The notes under the pieces: model-generated
The model's input: the letters and a program-made list of their open reading frames with translations, nothing else
Told to the model about the DNA's origin: nothing
The model's database searches: none
Assembly: GCA_018898455.1 (NCBI GenBank)
Contig: JAHIJO010000005.1
Span: 6,591 to 70,590, forward strand
DNA: 64,000 nt
Direction of reading: 5' to 3'
Origin: Verrucomicrobiota bacterium
Lineage (GTDB): Bacteria; Verrucomicrobiota; Kiritimatiellia; JAAZAB01
Made by a program: the position numbers and the translations under genes
Shown: piece after piece, positions 36,549 to 47,257 of the stretch
How the letters are laid out: the number at the start of each line of letters is the position of its first letter
How positions within the stretch are numbered: the stretch's first letter is position 1

Positions 36549-38399
36549 TTATGAAGATTGCAGTTTAACAGGCCATTCGAAGCTATTTAAACCCGGGTGG
36601 ACATCGAGAAACATCAACGTAGCGGGATAACCGGCAATACCGTCTAGGATAACCGTTCCTGACTCCGGAACCGAATAGCCCCAAAGACATACAGGCAGAT
36701 GTGACAATTCTCGTGGCGCATTGACAACAAACGAAACCGCCGCGCCGCGCATGGTCTCCTGTAGAGTTGCGGCAAAGCCGCTTAGATCCACCATCGCCAT
36801 CTGCCGGGTTTCCGGCATGTTCTGCACACGGCGGTAGTCATACCACCAGAAGGGCAGCCACGGCGCACCCTTATGTTGCGGCTGGATGGTCACCCGCGCA
36901 CAAGGTGCAATGTCGGCATTTTGGGCGGGCTCATCGATAATGGGACGTTTTAAAAATGCGGCCTTCCCATTCTCGCCACACCAAACCAGTGTTTCGGGAA
37001 ATACCTCTGGTTTGCCCAGATGCGGACCAAACTGATCAAAACCCAGTTTGTCCTTCATCACCTGCCGCACAGCCTGCGGCGCCGTCAAATCGGCCACGAT
37101 ATCATGGACAACATAGCTCTGATCAGGCGTCGTAGCCAGGTGGCGTTGAAAGTATTTGGCCACATCGGCTTTATGGGAAAAGATCACCTGCCCGGAACGG
37201 CCCCGGTTGCCAAAATACTGGAGTATCATACGATTGCCGGCCACAATCCCCGGACATTCATTATCGCCCATTTCGACCGGGCCACACAATACCACCGGCA
37301 CTGCGGCGCGGTTCGCCGCGATGGAGGCATACATTTCTTCCTGGAATTCAATGTACTTGTCCAGCGTCCGGCTGACATCAATGGACGGTCCGCCTGCAAG
37401 CGGATCGGTTTGCCGCCAACAGCGGATGAACATCGCCATGTCATTGCTGTGATCCGTATACCCGGCATGGCTCAGCACGGGGTGCCGCAAATCGGCCGGA
37501 AATATGAGCACTGGGGAAGGCCATTCATCGCGGTGGCCCGCCTTTCTGAAATCCTCCCGGCGGACGTAATAGGGGAAATTGGACATTCCGAAATGATACT
37601 GCCTCCAGCCGTAGTCCCAACGGGAGCCGCCATCGTTGAAATCGTGTTCACTGAATACACCGTCGATTCCAACCAATTCCTCCAGGCTGCAGGCCTCCAC
37701 CAACGTATTGTTGGGGGTGTAATGGCCGACCATCTCGAACGGCGGCAGATTCCATCTTTGCCAGTGCTCCTGCAGTGCCTGCAGGAATTTCCGACATTCC
37801 CCCACGGACAGTCCATGGGCGGTAGGATTGGGCAAAGGACCAAAAACCTTCCCGCCGCGGAGTCCTTTGAGTTCCGGTACAAAGAACTCCGCCAGGGCAA
37901 AATCCAGAAAAGGGTAGACCTTGCACGACGTCGACCTGTGGTGGTTTTTCAAATTGTCAATGGCATACCAGGTGCGGCTTAGGAATTCATCCCCGGCGGT
38001 ACAGATTTCGATATCCGCCGGCAGATGGTATCTTTGGAACTCCGGTCCGTAGAAATCATGAAGATTGCCGCAGCCATGCCACGCCGAGGTAAAGAACACC
38101 CACATCGTCTGGACGGCAATCCCCGGCGCCCAGACGCCAAAATACGCCGTCCTCTCGTCCGCGCCCTTCCCGATGCCGGCATAGTAGTTTCCGGGCGCAG
38201 AAGGCGTATAGGACGCCTGGGATTTATAACCATCCGAAGCCTGCTCCCATAGAAGCGGCAAGGAACACCGCTGGGTTCCGTTCTTCTCGAGGTAACGCTC
38301 GTATATGATGAGTGAGTCAGGCCCGGGTTTGTCGGCTTCAATAAGGAAGGAAAGGGTTTCACCGACGTTGACCAGTCCGCCGCTTGTTTGGATTCGCAT
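36549..38399 (-). CDS. Hypothetical protein (616 aa), no signal peptide, possible carbohydrate-active enzyme
   Basis: Single long ORF in an operon-like array with URO-D-like and oxidoreductase genes. No family recognised. Confidence 0.5.
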   Translation of the reverse strand: MRIQTSGGLVNVGETLSFLIEADKPGPDSLIIYERYLEKNGTQRCSLPLLWEQASDGYKSQASYTPSAPGNYYAGIGKGADERTAYFGVWAPGIAVQTMWVFFTSAWHGCGNLHDFYGPEFQRYHLPADIEICTAGDEFLSRTWYAIDNLKNHHRSTSCKVYPFLDFALAEFFVPELKGLRGGKVFGPLPNPTAHGLSVGECRKFLQALQEHWQRWNLPPFEMVGHYTPNNTLVEACSLEELVGIDGVFSEHDFNDGGSRWDYGWRQYHFGMSNFPYYVRREDFRKAGHRDEWPSPVLIFPADLRHPVLSHAGYTDHSNDMAMFIRCWRQTDPLAGGPSIDVSRTLDKYIEFQEEMYASIAANRAAVPVVLCGPVEMGDNECPGIVAGNRMILQYFGNRGRSGQVIFSHKADVAKYFQRHLATTPDQSYVVHDIVADLTAPQAVRQVMKDKLGFDQFGPHLGKPEVFPETLVWCGENGKAAFLKRPIIDEPAQNADIAPCARVTIQPQHKGAPWLPFWWYDYRRVQNMPETRQMAMVDLSGFAATLQETMRGAAVSFVVNAPRELSHLPVCLWGYSVPESGTVILDGIAGYPATLMFLDVHPGLNSFEWPVKLQSS

Positions 38400-38471
38400 T
38401 AACAGTCCACTCCCATTGCCTGAAACTTTGCTTCTTTCAATACCGTTTCGAAAAGCTCTCCCCGTAAACCA

Positions 38472-39665
38472 TCAATACCGGCCGAATTCCTTGCCGGCTT
38501 CGTACATTGCCTCGATGTTTTCGATTGGCGTACAGGGCGCCATGTTGTTGGCCTCCTTGAGGATGAACCGGCCGCCTTCCATGATGCCTGATTCGCAGAT
38601 CCGCTTGACCTCTTTCCGGATCTGCTCCGGCTTACCGTCCTTGAGCAGCATGATCGTGGGTCCGCCGTCGATCCGCACGTTCGGCCCGAGTTCCTTACGC
38701 AGCCAGGCAAAGTCCACGGGAAAGCCCGTGTCGAACGCCTGTACGTTCAGGCGGTCACGCAGGAATTTGAAGTGCCGGGTGGCATCGCCGCATAAATGAA
38801 TATATGCGGAGCTTCCGTCGCTGAATTCATCAAACAGGCGCTTGTGATACGGAAATACAAACTGCTCGTAATCCCTTGTGGATATCATGGCAATGGCGTC
38901 GTCGGCAAACCAAAACCAGGATCCTTTGAATTTACCCTTGTCCGGCGCATCCGGGTTGCGCGCCCAGCGCCACTGACGGATGGCTTTCATCCGCCGAATG
39001 ATATTTTCAGTGATGAAGGACATAAGGTCATGGTAGTATTTCGGATCCTCGTACATGTCAAGGCAGACTTCGGCAGCGCCGCGCAATTTATAGGCCAGGT
39101 CAAAAGGACCGTCAGTACCTTCCCCGGGGATGCTGTTCGGAGGCTTGACCGGCAACCCTTCAAACTCCATCTTCGGGCACTTCGCGTGCATGTAGTCGAA
39201 GAACTCCATGGCCCGGCCCAGCAGGCCGCCGTGCAGGGCATCCGGCTCCTTGAGCTGGTAGAGTTTGCTTTTGTCCTCCTTCAGGATTTCAATGGTGTCC
39301 GGCACGCCGTTACCGGAGTAGTGCATGGGACAACCCATCCAGCCGGCCTCATAGGAATTCTGAAAATCAACATTGAGTTGCCAGCCGTTTTTGGGCGGGC
39401 CCATTGCATTGTCGCAGACCAGGTTGTATCGGCACCATTTCTGGTAAACCAGCTGGCACTCGATCTGCGCCTGGGGATTCTTGAAGAAATCCTCAAACGT
39501 GTAGCCGGTGGTATTGATCTCCGGATTTGAAAACAAGTTGCAGATACTGCCGGCAACCGTAATCGGAACCCGGATGGGCTTGCGCTGGTGAAAGGCATCC
39601 CAGACTTTACCGCATTCGTCATTGTGCCGATCGAAGTCTATTTTACGTTTTAAAAAACTGCTCAT
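38472..39665 (-). CDS. Uroporphyrinogen-decarboxylase (URO-D)/MtaA-CmuA-like family protein
   Basis: ATG 39665 with AAGGAAA RBS. C-terminal region ..YIHLCGD.....L......V.AFD.....D.....ELG.....DGGP.. is typical of the URO-D TIM barrel. Confidence 0.6.
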   Translation of the reverse strand: MSSFLKRKIDFDRHNDECGKVWDAFHQRKPIRVPITVAGSICNLFSNPEINTTGYTFEDFFKNPQAQIECQLVYQKWCRYNLVCDNAMGPPKNGWQLNVDFQNSYEAGWMGCPMHYSGNGVPDTIEILKEDKSKLYQLKEPDALHGGLLGRAMEFFDYMHAKCPKMEFEGLPVKPPNSIPGEGTDGPFDLAYKLRGAAEVCLDMYEDPKYYHDLMSFITENIIRRMKAIRQWRWARNPDAPDKGKFKGSWFWFADDAIAMISTRDYEQFVFPYHKRLFDEFSDGSSAYIHLCGDATRHFKFLRDRLNVQAFDTGFPVDFAWLRKELGPNVRIDGGPTIMLLKDGKPEQIRKEVKRICESGIMEGGRFILKEANNMAPCTPIENIEAMYEAGKEFGRY

Positions 39666-39690
39666 ATCAATTTCCTTTCTAACATACAAC

Positions 39691-41526
39691 TCAGCTATGG
39701 TAAACTTGAATTTCGTCCACAAAAAACCAGGGCTTGCCGGGCACGGCATAGCGCTGTGGATTCGCCCGGGGTGGCCATGCTTGCACCCTGACATAACGCA
39801 CACTGGTCGGATGGAACCTGGCGCAAAGGTAAGGACCGGCAACCAAGTGTTTCTTTTTAATCCGACTCTGACCAGGCCGGACCGTGCCCACCGTCCGAAA
39901 GCGCTTTCCGTCGCTGGAGACCGCGAACCGCACCCGCGCGGGGAGCAGGATGCCGTCAGCAGGCCGCAACATGAACACGACGCCGATCTCGCCGATCTCC
40001 GTCTGTTTGCCCAGATCTACGGTCCCGATGAGTTTGTCCAGCTTGTCCGTCTTGAATCCAAGCCAGGCCTTGTCACCCGTATCATCCGCACCGGGCCTGC
40101 CGGCGGTTAAGGTCTGCGGGCCGTCGCCGAACCAGCCATGAGGCGGGACATTCAGCGTGACCGGCTTGCCGACAGCCAGGCCGACGCCCTCCCGCAGGTA
40201 GCGCTGATAGTCGGCATAGAGTTTTAGGCTGGGCTTGCCGCCCGGCCTTCGCGACATAGTCGGCGCACTCATCATCCCGGGGAACTCGAAGGCCAAAATC
40301 TTTTCGAAGTGCGGAAAGCGCTGGAAGTCGCTGATCAGCCCCTCGATGGGTCGCGGACTCAAGGCCATATCGTCCTCCAACACGAAGATCTCCATATCCA
40401 TCCAGAAATGAGCTCCGGATTCATTACACAGTTTCTGCAGGATTTTGGCGGTTTCCTCGGCCGAGAACCTGGTGCGGCGCGGCGGACATGTCGGGGCATG
40501 ATGATGCATCCGCTGGAATCCGAACGGCGCATAAATATCCACGTTTTTTAGCACGGCCGGATAACGGTCCAGCCCTCGCTCAATGGCATAGCAGTTGAAG
40601 GCATAGAGCATGGGCTTGTCGGGCGCCATGCGCTTGCAGTGCTTCACAAAGCGCTCGGTGAAGCGCGGTATGGGACCATGCATGTCACCGCCCCCCTCAT
40701 CGGCCAGATACCAGCCGTAGAAGGAACGGTGATGTCCGTACAAACTCCAAACTTCAGAAGCCACCTGTTTATGCCATGCCAAAGAATCGTCTGTAAAAGT
40801 GGAATAGGCGAAAAGACCGATTCCCGGCAGGACGTGCATCCCAAGACGGTCCGCCTCGTCCATGATCACCTCAAGGGGATTGGGGGTGACGATCGGCGCA
40901 CGCCGGGCGAAGAGCCTGGTTGGATAGGCCGCCGGTCCGTCGAAGGCGGCGCCTTCGACGTAACCCCTGTAATGCGGGAACAGCATCGAGACGACCATCA
41001 CGTTCATATCCACCGCATGCATGGCCCTGACCAGTTCGCGCCATTGCGCCGGAGTCAGCGCAGCCAGTGCGTCGTTGAACAGACGACCCGTCTGCGCGCA
41101 GTGATGATAGAGATCCACCCAGGCCCCGCCCAGCCGCTGCGTGGAGCGCATGGCCGACGCGATGATCGTCATCGGCCAGGCTTCGCGAAAAACCTCAGCG
41201 CCGGATTCAACCCGCAGGATAATCTGATGGGCGCCGGCGTGACCGCGGGTCGGCCAGCGGAACGCCACGGCCCGCGCGCCGTGCGCCGAAACGCGGAGGC
41301 GGCAGCGGTGCAGACAGTGCGCACCATCTTCCGTGTCGAGATAGACGGCCACATTGTACACGCACGCAGCCGAAGCCAGGTTGCGAATGCCCGCCCGAAT
41401 ATCGAGTTCAATCCGGTCGGTCACCGGCGAAGGCGGAATCAGGGTCAGTGAGACCGGCGGAAAACTGCCGCGTGCATGTTTGAGGACTTGCGCCTGGTGT
41501 TGAGTAGACATACTATATTCTTTCAT
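39691..41526 (-). CDS. Hypothetical protein, possible TIM-barrel glycoside-hydrolase-like domain plus C-terminal beta-sandwich (discoidin-like?)
   Basis: ATG 41526 (MKEYSM..) lies 8 nt after the upstream stop. Central region ..MHVLPGIGLFAYS....W.......YGHHRSFYGWYLADE.. resembles DUF4434-type predicted glycosidases. Domain calls are tentative. Confidence 0.45.
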   Translation of the reverse strand: MKEYSMSTQHQAQVLKHARGSFPPVSLTLIPPSPVTDRIELDIRAGIRNLASAACVYNVAVYLDTEDGAHCLHRCRLRVSAHGARAVAFRWPTRGHAGAHQIILRVESGAEVFREAWPMTIIASAMRSTQRLGGAWVDLYHHCAQTGRLFNDALAALTPAQWRELVRAMHAVDMNVMVVSMLFPHYRGYVEGAAFDGPAAYPTRLFARRAPIVTPNPLEVIMDEADRLGMHVLPGIGLFAYSTFTDDSLAWHKQVASEVWSLYGHHRSFYGWYLADEGGGDMHGPIPRFTERFVKHCKRMAPDKPMLYAFNCYAIERGLDRYPAVLKNVDIYAPFGFQRMHHHAPTCPPRRTRFSAEETAKILQKLCNESGAHFWMDMEIFVLEDDMALSPRPIEGLISDFQRFPHFEKILAFEFPGMMSAPTMSRRPGGKPSLKLYADYQRYLREGVGLAVGKPVTLNVPPHGWFGDGPQTLTAGRPGADDTGDKAWLGFKTDKLDKLIGTVDLGKQTEIGEIGVVFMLRPADGILLPARVRFAVSSDGKRFRTVGTVRPGQSRIKKKHLVAGPYLCARFHPTSVRYVRVQAWPPRANPQRYAVPGKPWFFVDEIQVYHS

Positions 41527-41534
41527 TGTCCTGC

Positions 41535-43514
41535 TTAGAGCAGAAGATGGGCCGCAAAACCAACCCCGCCCCAGTTGAGCTCCTCGGCCCATTGCGTGTT
41601 GCGATAGCTGTAACCGGGCACTTTGATGTCCATGGTATTCATTCCGCCCGAAGGCTCCAGCGACCATGCCAGGCGCGAGTACCAGCGCCATTGCAGGACC
41701 TGTGCCGAAAGCGGATCGTTCAATCGCGTCGCCAGGGCCAGCAGCGTCTCGTTGCCGAGCTTATCAAACATTCCGCCCTTGCCGATGGTATCGCGCACCC
41801 CGCCACACCACAGCGCCAGCATACCCGCACTCAACGGAAACGCGAACGCCTCGGGCTGATCGATGTAGAAGTTCGACCCGGCAAAAACAGCGCAAGCGCT
41901 GGCCTGCTTGGCCAGTTCGGCATATTGTGGGTCGTCCGTGGCGAGGTGGCGTACCAGGAGCTGGTAAGCAAGCCCTGCGAAGTCGTCGTGAAACATGGGG
42001 ATGCTCTCACTGGTGCCGGGACCGGGCACGCGCAGCGCTGACGGCCCTTTGCGACGGTCAAGCTCAAAGGCTACGTAATTCAACACGCAGTCGCAAATCT
42101 TCCGGGCACCCGCGTTGCCGCAGACGGCAAGCCTTTCCTGAAGCTGCCAAAGCACCCAAAAGAGACCCCCATTGCCCTGACCGGTCCACTTTGGGTTTTC
42201 AAAGTCATATCGCGTGGAAAAGCTTCCGTCGGGTCCCTGAATCGCAGCAAGCGCCAGGCCCAAGTCACGCGCCCGCTCCAGCGCCAAGGCGGATCGGGAC
42301 GGATCGCCAAGTTTCGCGTAGGCATCCGATAGATAGAAATACCCGCGCGCGGCAATGGCATAGTCGCATGACCGTGTCAATGGCTTCCAGTCTTCCTGCA
42401 CAACCCCGGCGGGCGAAATGGCCATTGGGTACCCGATCCGACCATCCGGGAAGAACTTGCAGAACGTCCGGTATTTCTCCAGGGCGGCGAACATCACGTC
42501 CACATAGTGGCGCTCGCCCGTGTGAAGCGCCGCAGCGCTCATGAGCATCGCCACCCGAGGCATGTAGCACACCGCCGCGTAATTCTCCTCGCGCAAGAAC
42601 GGAGCGAGCGTTCCAAGATGGTAGGCATCGGGAATCACACCTGCCACCGCCGGCCAAGCGGCGGCGGTTTGCTTGACCGTATTGCAAACTGCATCGGCCA
42701 TCCTGAGAAGCGCCACGGAAGCTTCGGGAACCTTTGGAAAAGAATGCGAAACCTGCCCTTTGTTGGCAAGCACCCGCAGGATGAGTCTGGCCACACGACC
42801 CTGGCCGAACGATTCCACCTCCAGTCGGCGGGCGGCGCCGTGAGGAGTGTCGGCGCTGCTCCTGACACGCAATGTGCCACCTGGCGCCTCCAGGCGGAGG
42901 GCCGGCATGCGCTGGGCCGTGTCAGCAAGGGCCAAGACCTTCGCTTGATCCCATCTGCCACAGCCATCGGCATAATAGCACAACGGCCAAGCCTGGCCAT
43001 CGCAGTCGGCCCAATCATACAGCGGGTACAGCCAAAGCTTGAAGCCCGTGGCATCCGTGGGGCCGCCGCTTTGCAGCACGATCGTGTCGCCCTCCAGACG
43101 GATGTCCCAGTCGAACCTGCCGCATTGTTGTTGATCCTTACCGAAGGCAGGCATGCCTTTGAGGGACAGTGCACCCCTGCCGTAATCCGGCTGGATTTCC
43201 TCCGGTTCGAATCTGAATTCCGCATTATTCTGCATGTCGCGGAAACCGGACTGGAACGGAAAAACCTGACCGGTAGCCGCTTGGCCGTAGGGGTAGATTC
43301 CCCAATGTCCGGCCCGAAGCTGGTTCGAGTCCGAGTTATAGAGGATGTTCTGGAACGGACCAAATGTTCCAAACGAGAAAAGGGTAAACACGCGCGGTTT
43401 GACCGTGTCAATCCAAAGACATAAACCCTCGTTTTTCAAAACCTCGTAACATTTCAAGACAGGACCGGAACGAAGATATTGCTGCAACTGCGGATTGAAT
43501 TCGGGTGTCTTCAT
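41535..43514 (-). CDS. Hypothetical protein (659 aa), possibly (alpha/alpha)6-barrel glycoside hydrolase/lyase-like
   Basis: Long ORF with ATG at 43514. Trp/Tyr-rich C-terminal half. No family recognised. Confidence 0.45.
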   Translation of the reverse strand: MKTPEFNPQLQQYLRSGPVLKCYEVLKNEGLCLWIDTVKPRVFTLFSFGTFGPFQNILYNSDSNQLRAGHWGIYPYGQAATGQVFPFQSGFRDMQNNAEFRFEPEEIQPDYGRGALSLKGMPAFGKDQQQCGRFDWDIRLEGDTIVLQSGGPTDATGFKLWLYPLYDWADCDGQAWPLCYYADGCGRWDQAKVLALADTAQRMPALRLEAPGGTLRVRSSADTPHGAARRLEVESFGQGRVARLILRVLANKGQVSHSFPKVPEASVALLRMADAVCNTVKQTAAAWPAVAGVIPDAYHLGTLAPFLREENYAAVCYMPRVAMLMSAAALHTGERHYVDVMFAALEKYRTFCKFFPDGRIGYPMAISPAGVVQEDWKPLTRSCDYAIAARGYFYLSDAYAKLGDPSRSALALERARDLGLALAAIQGPDGSFSTRYDFENPKWTGQGNGGLFWVLWQLQERLAVCGNAGARKICDCVLNYVAFELDRRKGPSALRVPGPGTSESIPMFHDDFAGLAYQLLVRHLATDDPQYAELAKQASACAVFAGSNFYIDQPEAFAFPLSAGMLALWCGGVRDTIGKGGMFDKLGNETLLALATRLNDPLSAQVLQWRWYSRLAWSLEPSGGMNTMDIKVPGYSYRNTQWAEELNWGGVGFAAHLLL

Positions 43515-43572
43515 TTTTTTAGTTCTGTTGACAAATTTATGGGTTGAGGGCTGTGTTTTCTATACCAAGGCG

Positions 43573-44412
43573 TCATAGCTTCATAAATCTGCCTATTGCT
43601 TTAGCCTTAAGGGCCACATCCAGAATCCGGCGGATCATCAGACTTTCCGCCCGGTCAATGGTCGCTTTTCCGGCCTCAAACAAATCCAGGATCGCCGCGG
43701 CCATATCCAGAAAGAGGCGCGCACAGTCCTCAATAATGATTTTGGTTTCTTTGTCCGTGGTGACGCTGGCCGCATACGGGGTGGCGGCGTTAGTGTACAC
43801 ATTGATGACGGCGGTGCGCCCGCCGCTGAAGTCAACGACCAACTGCCGCTGGTTGTCTGCGCCCCGCAACATGAGGCGTTCGGCGTTTGGCCCCATGCAA
43901 CTGACGACCAGTTCCACGGGATGAATCGCATATTCTTCAAACGAGCTGCCGCCTCCCCACGCCACCATGTGGCGGACATTGGCCGCACCCACCTCGCGGA
44001 CATGGGCCTGTATTTTCGTATAGCGGAGCGCAGAGGTGGTTTGCATGGCAACGCCGCACTTATCGGCCAACGCAAATAGTTTTGCGGCTGTCTTGAGGTC
44101 CGGCGCAAAGGTCTTGTCCACGTAGGTCGGCTTGCGCATGGGAAACACCTTCTTGCACAGCGCCCAATGCGTTTCGGGATTGGACGGCGCCAGAATCATG
44201 TAATAATCCACGGCCTTATCCAGCTTGGCGACGGAATCGAAATAGGGCACGCCGTTCTTTTCCGCCCATTGCCGGCCCATTGCCTCCTCCATGCCAAAAC
44301 ACCCATCGACGGTAAAGCCACGACCGCGCAGTTCTCCCCGAATCGCCGCGAGATAGGTATTCGCATGAAAGTTATCCAGCTTGAAATCCACAAAACCAAT
44401 TCGTTTGTTCAT
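43573..44412 (-). CDS. Gfo/Idh/MocA-related oxidoreductase with degenerate N-terminal nucleotide-binding motif
   Basis: Central ..AVDYYMILAPSNPETHWALCKKVFPMRKPTYVDKTFAPDLKTAAKLFALADKCGV.. matches the Gfo/Idh/MocA core (..H.e.a..al.aGKhV..EKP....eea.el...a.k.gv). Lacks GxGxxG at the N-terminus. Confidence 0.5.
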   Translation of the reverse strand: MNKRIGFVDFKLDNFHANTYLAAIRGELRGRGFTVDGCFGMEEAMGRQWAEKNGVPYFDSVAKLDKAVDYYMILAPSNPETHWALCKKVFPMRKPTYVDKTFAPDLKTAAKLFALADKCGVAMQTTSALRYTKIQAHVREVGAANVRHMVAWGGGSSFEEYAIHPVELVVSCMGPNAERLMLRGADNQRQLVVDFSGGRTAVINVYTNAATPYAASVTTDKETKIIIEDCARLFLDMAAAILDLFEAGKATIDRAESLMIRRILDVALKAKAIGRFMKL

Positions 44413-44559
44413 GAATGATTTCCTTCACTTATGATGTTGTTGACGGTATGGACCTGATTTTGCCAAAATACTCGCGGCGCCATGGCTGACTCCACTCGCT
44501 TTTGGCATTCCTTCCGGACGAAGATGGCCCCTTGTTTTCGCCGCACTTCGCAATCAAAA

Positions 44560-45387
44560 CTAATCGTTATTTTGTTGGCCCTGTGCCTTGAGCTTTTCCA
44601 CATATTTTTCGAAAAGCGCTATATCCTTTCTGATCATATCCTGATCATCCTTAATAAACATTCCTACGCACACAACATCGTTATTGCGAACTGCATTGCC
44701 AAGAACTTCGAATGCGGGGATTATGGGTTTATTACCACCCGCAAAAACTTTGTAATGGACTACAGGCTTTTCAATAGTCGCAATGGTTTTCAGCATTCGC
44801 TTGCGGTCGTCATCATTCCACTTTTCATCCACGGAAATATGATGTGGGCTACGAGTGCGATCTGTCGGATTATAATGCGAACACATCTGGAAGTCGACAT
44901 CGAGGTTGTCGCGAACCCATTCGTGTGACTCGGGTCTATGCCCGGCGAATCCTACAGGCGCCCCGCAATCCCGTATCATGCGGAAGGCCTCCCTTAGATT
45001 GTCAAACAGACTGTTGGCATGCCAGAAATCCGTTTCCCCTCCATGAATGTATATGGCCGTTGCCCCGGATTCCAAAGATGTCTGTATCCACGTTTTCCAA
45101 CTGTCGGCTTTATCCTTTTCTTCGCATACTTGCGCAAACCACTGGATGGTTCCGCCATTGCCCCAATAGTCGCGTAGGACCGCGATAATATGATCGTCAG
45201 CACGCGCAAAGAGGGTATTTATACCGGCATACTCGGCGGCGCGCAACGTCTCTTTGATGCGTTCGGGAGTGAAATACTCGGTCATTTCCCGGCTGCGCTC
45301 ATTCCCCTGATGGGAAAACCCGGCAAACGGGTTTCCTCCTATACATAGACCGGAGACCTGCACTTTCCCGATGGCAACTTTCCTCAT
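44560..45387 (-). CDS. Hypothetical protein (275 aa)
   Basis: ATG 45387 with AAGGGAA RBS. Same strand and operon-like spacing as neighbours. No family recognised. Confidence 0.45.
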   Translation of the reverse strand: MRKVAIGKVQVSGLCIGGNPFAGFSHQGNERSREMTEYFTPERIKETLRAAEYAGINTLFARADDHIIAVLRDYWGNGGTIQWFAQVCEEKDKADSWKTWIQTSLESGATAIYIHGGETDFWHANSLFDNLREAFRMIRDCGAPVGFAGHRPESHEWVRDNLDVDFQMCSHYNPTDRTRSPHHISVDEKWNDDDRKRMLKTIATIEKPVVHYKVFAGGNKPIIPAFEVLGNAVRNNDVVCVGMFIKDDQDMIRKDIALFEKYVEKLKAQGQQNND

Positions 45388-45625
45388 ATTCGTTCCCTTC
45401 TTGAATTTGATAAATAATTCTTCCCAAAAGAAAATTGTATTTTTTAAGAATTGTTTTTGTAGCCGCAGCGCCCGTGAGGGCGTGGATGCTTCCGGCGGCG
45501 TCACCCCGCCCTCCGAGGCGAGGCCTCGCCCCGATACAGGGCGGGCGCCAGCGGTTACATGAAACAGTCGCCGCCTTTGGCGGCTTAATTCATACGTCCT
45601 CGGAAAGTCCGGCGATTAGAAACCA

Positions 45626-47212
45626 TCAAGCAATAGAAGGCCATTCGAGTTCGATCTTCTGATCTGCAAGAAGTTTCTGAAATTCACCGAGAACTTCGCC
45701 GCGTTCCGCCACCTGGCGCGGATAAACCTTGTTTTGCAGACAAAATGCCGCCAGAAGCCCGGCAGATTCGCCGATATTCCATTCGACGGGATGAAGGCGG
45801 TAACATCCATTTGTAATATGAGTTGTTCCAATATTTTTACATGCGGGAATAAGATTTTTCATGCGAACAGGAATCATACTGCGCAAAGGAATTTGAAACA
45901 AGGTCGCACCACAGTGTATATAATTGTTTCCTCCCGATGAAGGGTGAAGATCAATGTGATAGGATCCAATTCCAACGCTGTCTTTGAAAAAAGACGCCGT
46001 ATGATTGTCGCTAGATTCTTTCGTGACGTGTAATTCTGTTATTGTAAATAATGCCTTGATGCGCCTGGATTCCCTTATGTAGGGATATTTTGCCAAGCCA
46101 TCTTCCGTTCCCGTAATATCCGGGCGGGGATACAAGCCGGGATATCCAATTCCGCCATCCGGTCTTGGCGCCTCTGTCTGCAGCCAGTAAAGCAGACTCA
46201 GCGACAGATCTTTTGAAGCATGCAAATGTTTTTGGATTTCATCTTCAGACTTGTCAATGATATTTCCATTTACATAGTCATTTTGCGGCCAATTAATCAG
46301 GGTAACCTCATCAATCGGGGCATTATAATGATCGGAACATAGCAGTCGGCGATAACGCCATAAATCACTTGTGTCAGCAGCTTGAATCGGCAAATCCATG
46401 AGCCCTATTCCGCTTGCCTGGGGTTTGAGTGTCCAAGGCTGCGAATAGGTCCAACTCAATAATCGTCCGGACCATGGCGGACTCATGGATGGGGTAAAAT
46501 TCTTCCAGAACTGATAATTTGACGGTTTGTCAATTATATGACTGCATTTAGGATCATAACCGACAGCAAGACACCAAGTGAATGATTGCACATTGTCCGG
46601 TTGAGCCGGACCGGATACCGCATGCGGTTCTCCCGTTTCATCCGCTGATTCGGCCCCGACGACATATTCAGATCCTGACAATGCCAGTAGGTCGCCCAAC
46701 TCGGTAGCATCCAGAATATAATCCGCTTCTATAAAGTCTCTTTCGCCGGTTTCGGAATTGAGGAGTGCTACGCTTATAATTGAATCCCCGGAAAGATCAA
46801 CTTCCACAGGCTTGCGTTTCAACAGGATTTTCAATTTATTCGAGGCCACGGAACAAGCCAGCATCTGTTGAAGCACATGCAATCCTACCCGCGGCTCAAA
46901 ACATAATTTCGACACGTTTCCTTTGCCGGGATTAAGGAAAGGATCATTTTGTGCCACCGTGGTCAACGGATAATTGTCTTTATAATATTGCCGGACTTTG
47001 TTACGAAATTCACGGTACCGGCCTGTGCAACCATGTGTTTCAATAGCATGATGCTCATCCGGTGGCGCGGCTTGGGACGTTAATTGTCCGCCGATCCAGT
47101 CCGTTTCTTCCGTCATTATTACATTTAGATTAACCGAACATGCGCTAAGCGCCGCAGCGCAGCCTCCAGCGCCGCCGCCAACAATAAGCAAACCTGTTTT
47201 ATATTCAGCCAT
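45626..47212 (-). CDS. FAD-dependent oxidoreductase (FAD_oxidored family)
   Basis: N-terminal dinucleotide-binding motif LLIVGGGAGGCAAAL. ~530 aa. Confidence 0.8.
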   Translation of the reverse strand: MAEYKTGLLIVGGGAGGCAAALSACSVNLNVIMTEETDWIGGQLTSQAAPPDEHHAIETHGCTGRYREFRNKVRQYYKDNYPLTTVAQNDPFLNPGKGNVSKLCFEPRVGLHVLQQMLACSVASNKLKILLKRKPVEVDLSGDSIISVALLNSETGERDFIEADYILDATELGDLLALSGSEYVVGAESADETGEPHAVSGPAQPDNVQSFTWCLAVGYDPKCSHIIDKPSNYQFWKNFTPSMSPPWSGRLLSWTYSQPWTLKPQASGIGLMDLPIQAADTSDLWRYRRLLCSDHYNAPIDEVTLINWPQNDYVNGNIIDKSEDEIQKHLHASKDLSLSLLYWLQTEAPRPDGGIGYPGLYPRPDITGTEDGLAKYPYIRESRRIKALFTITELHVTKESSDNHTASFFKDSVGIGSYHIDLHPSSGGNNYIHCGATLFQIPLRSMIPVRMKNLIPACKNIGTTHITNGCYRLHPVEWNIGESAGLLAAFCLQNKVYPRQVAERGEVLGEFQKLLADQKIELEWPSIA

Positions 47213-47257
47213 AAACGATTTTTGTGTTTTTAGTTGGGGATCTTCAATCCAAAGCCC

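Noticed and set aside
37020-37982. 320-aa plus-strand ORF, plus 38796..39530, 40639..41451, 42507..43424 and 42635..43411
   Set aside because: Antisense to or embedded in the long minus-strand genes of the LacI-associated locus. No start-site support. Typical GC-rich shadow ORFs.
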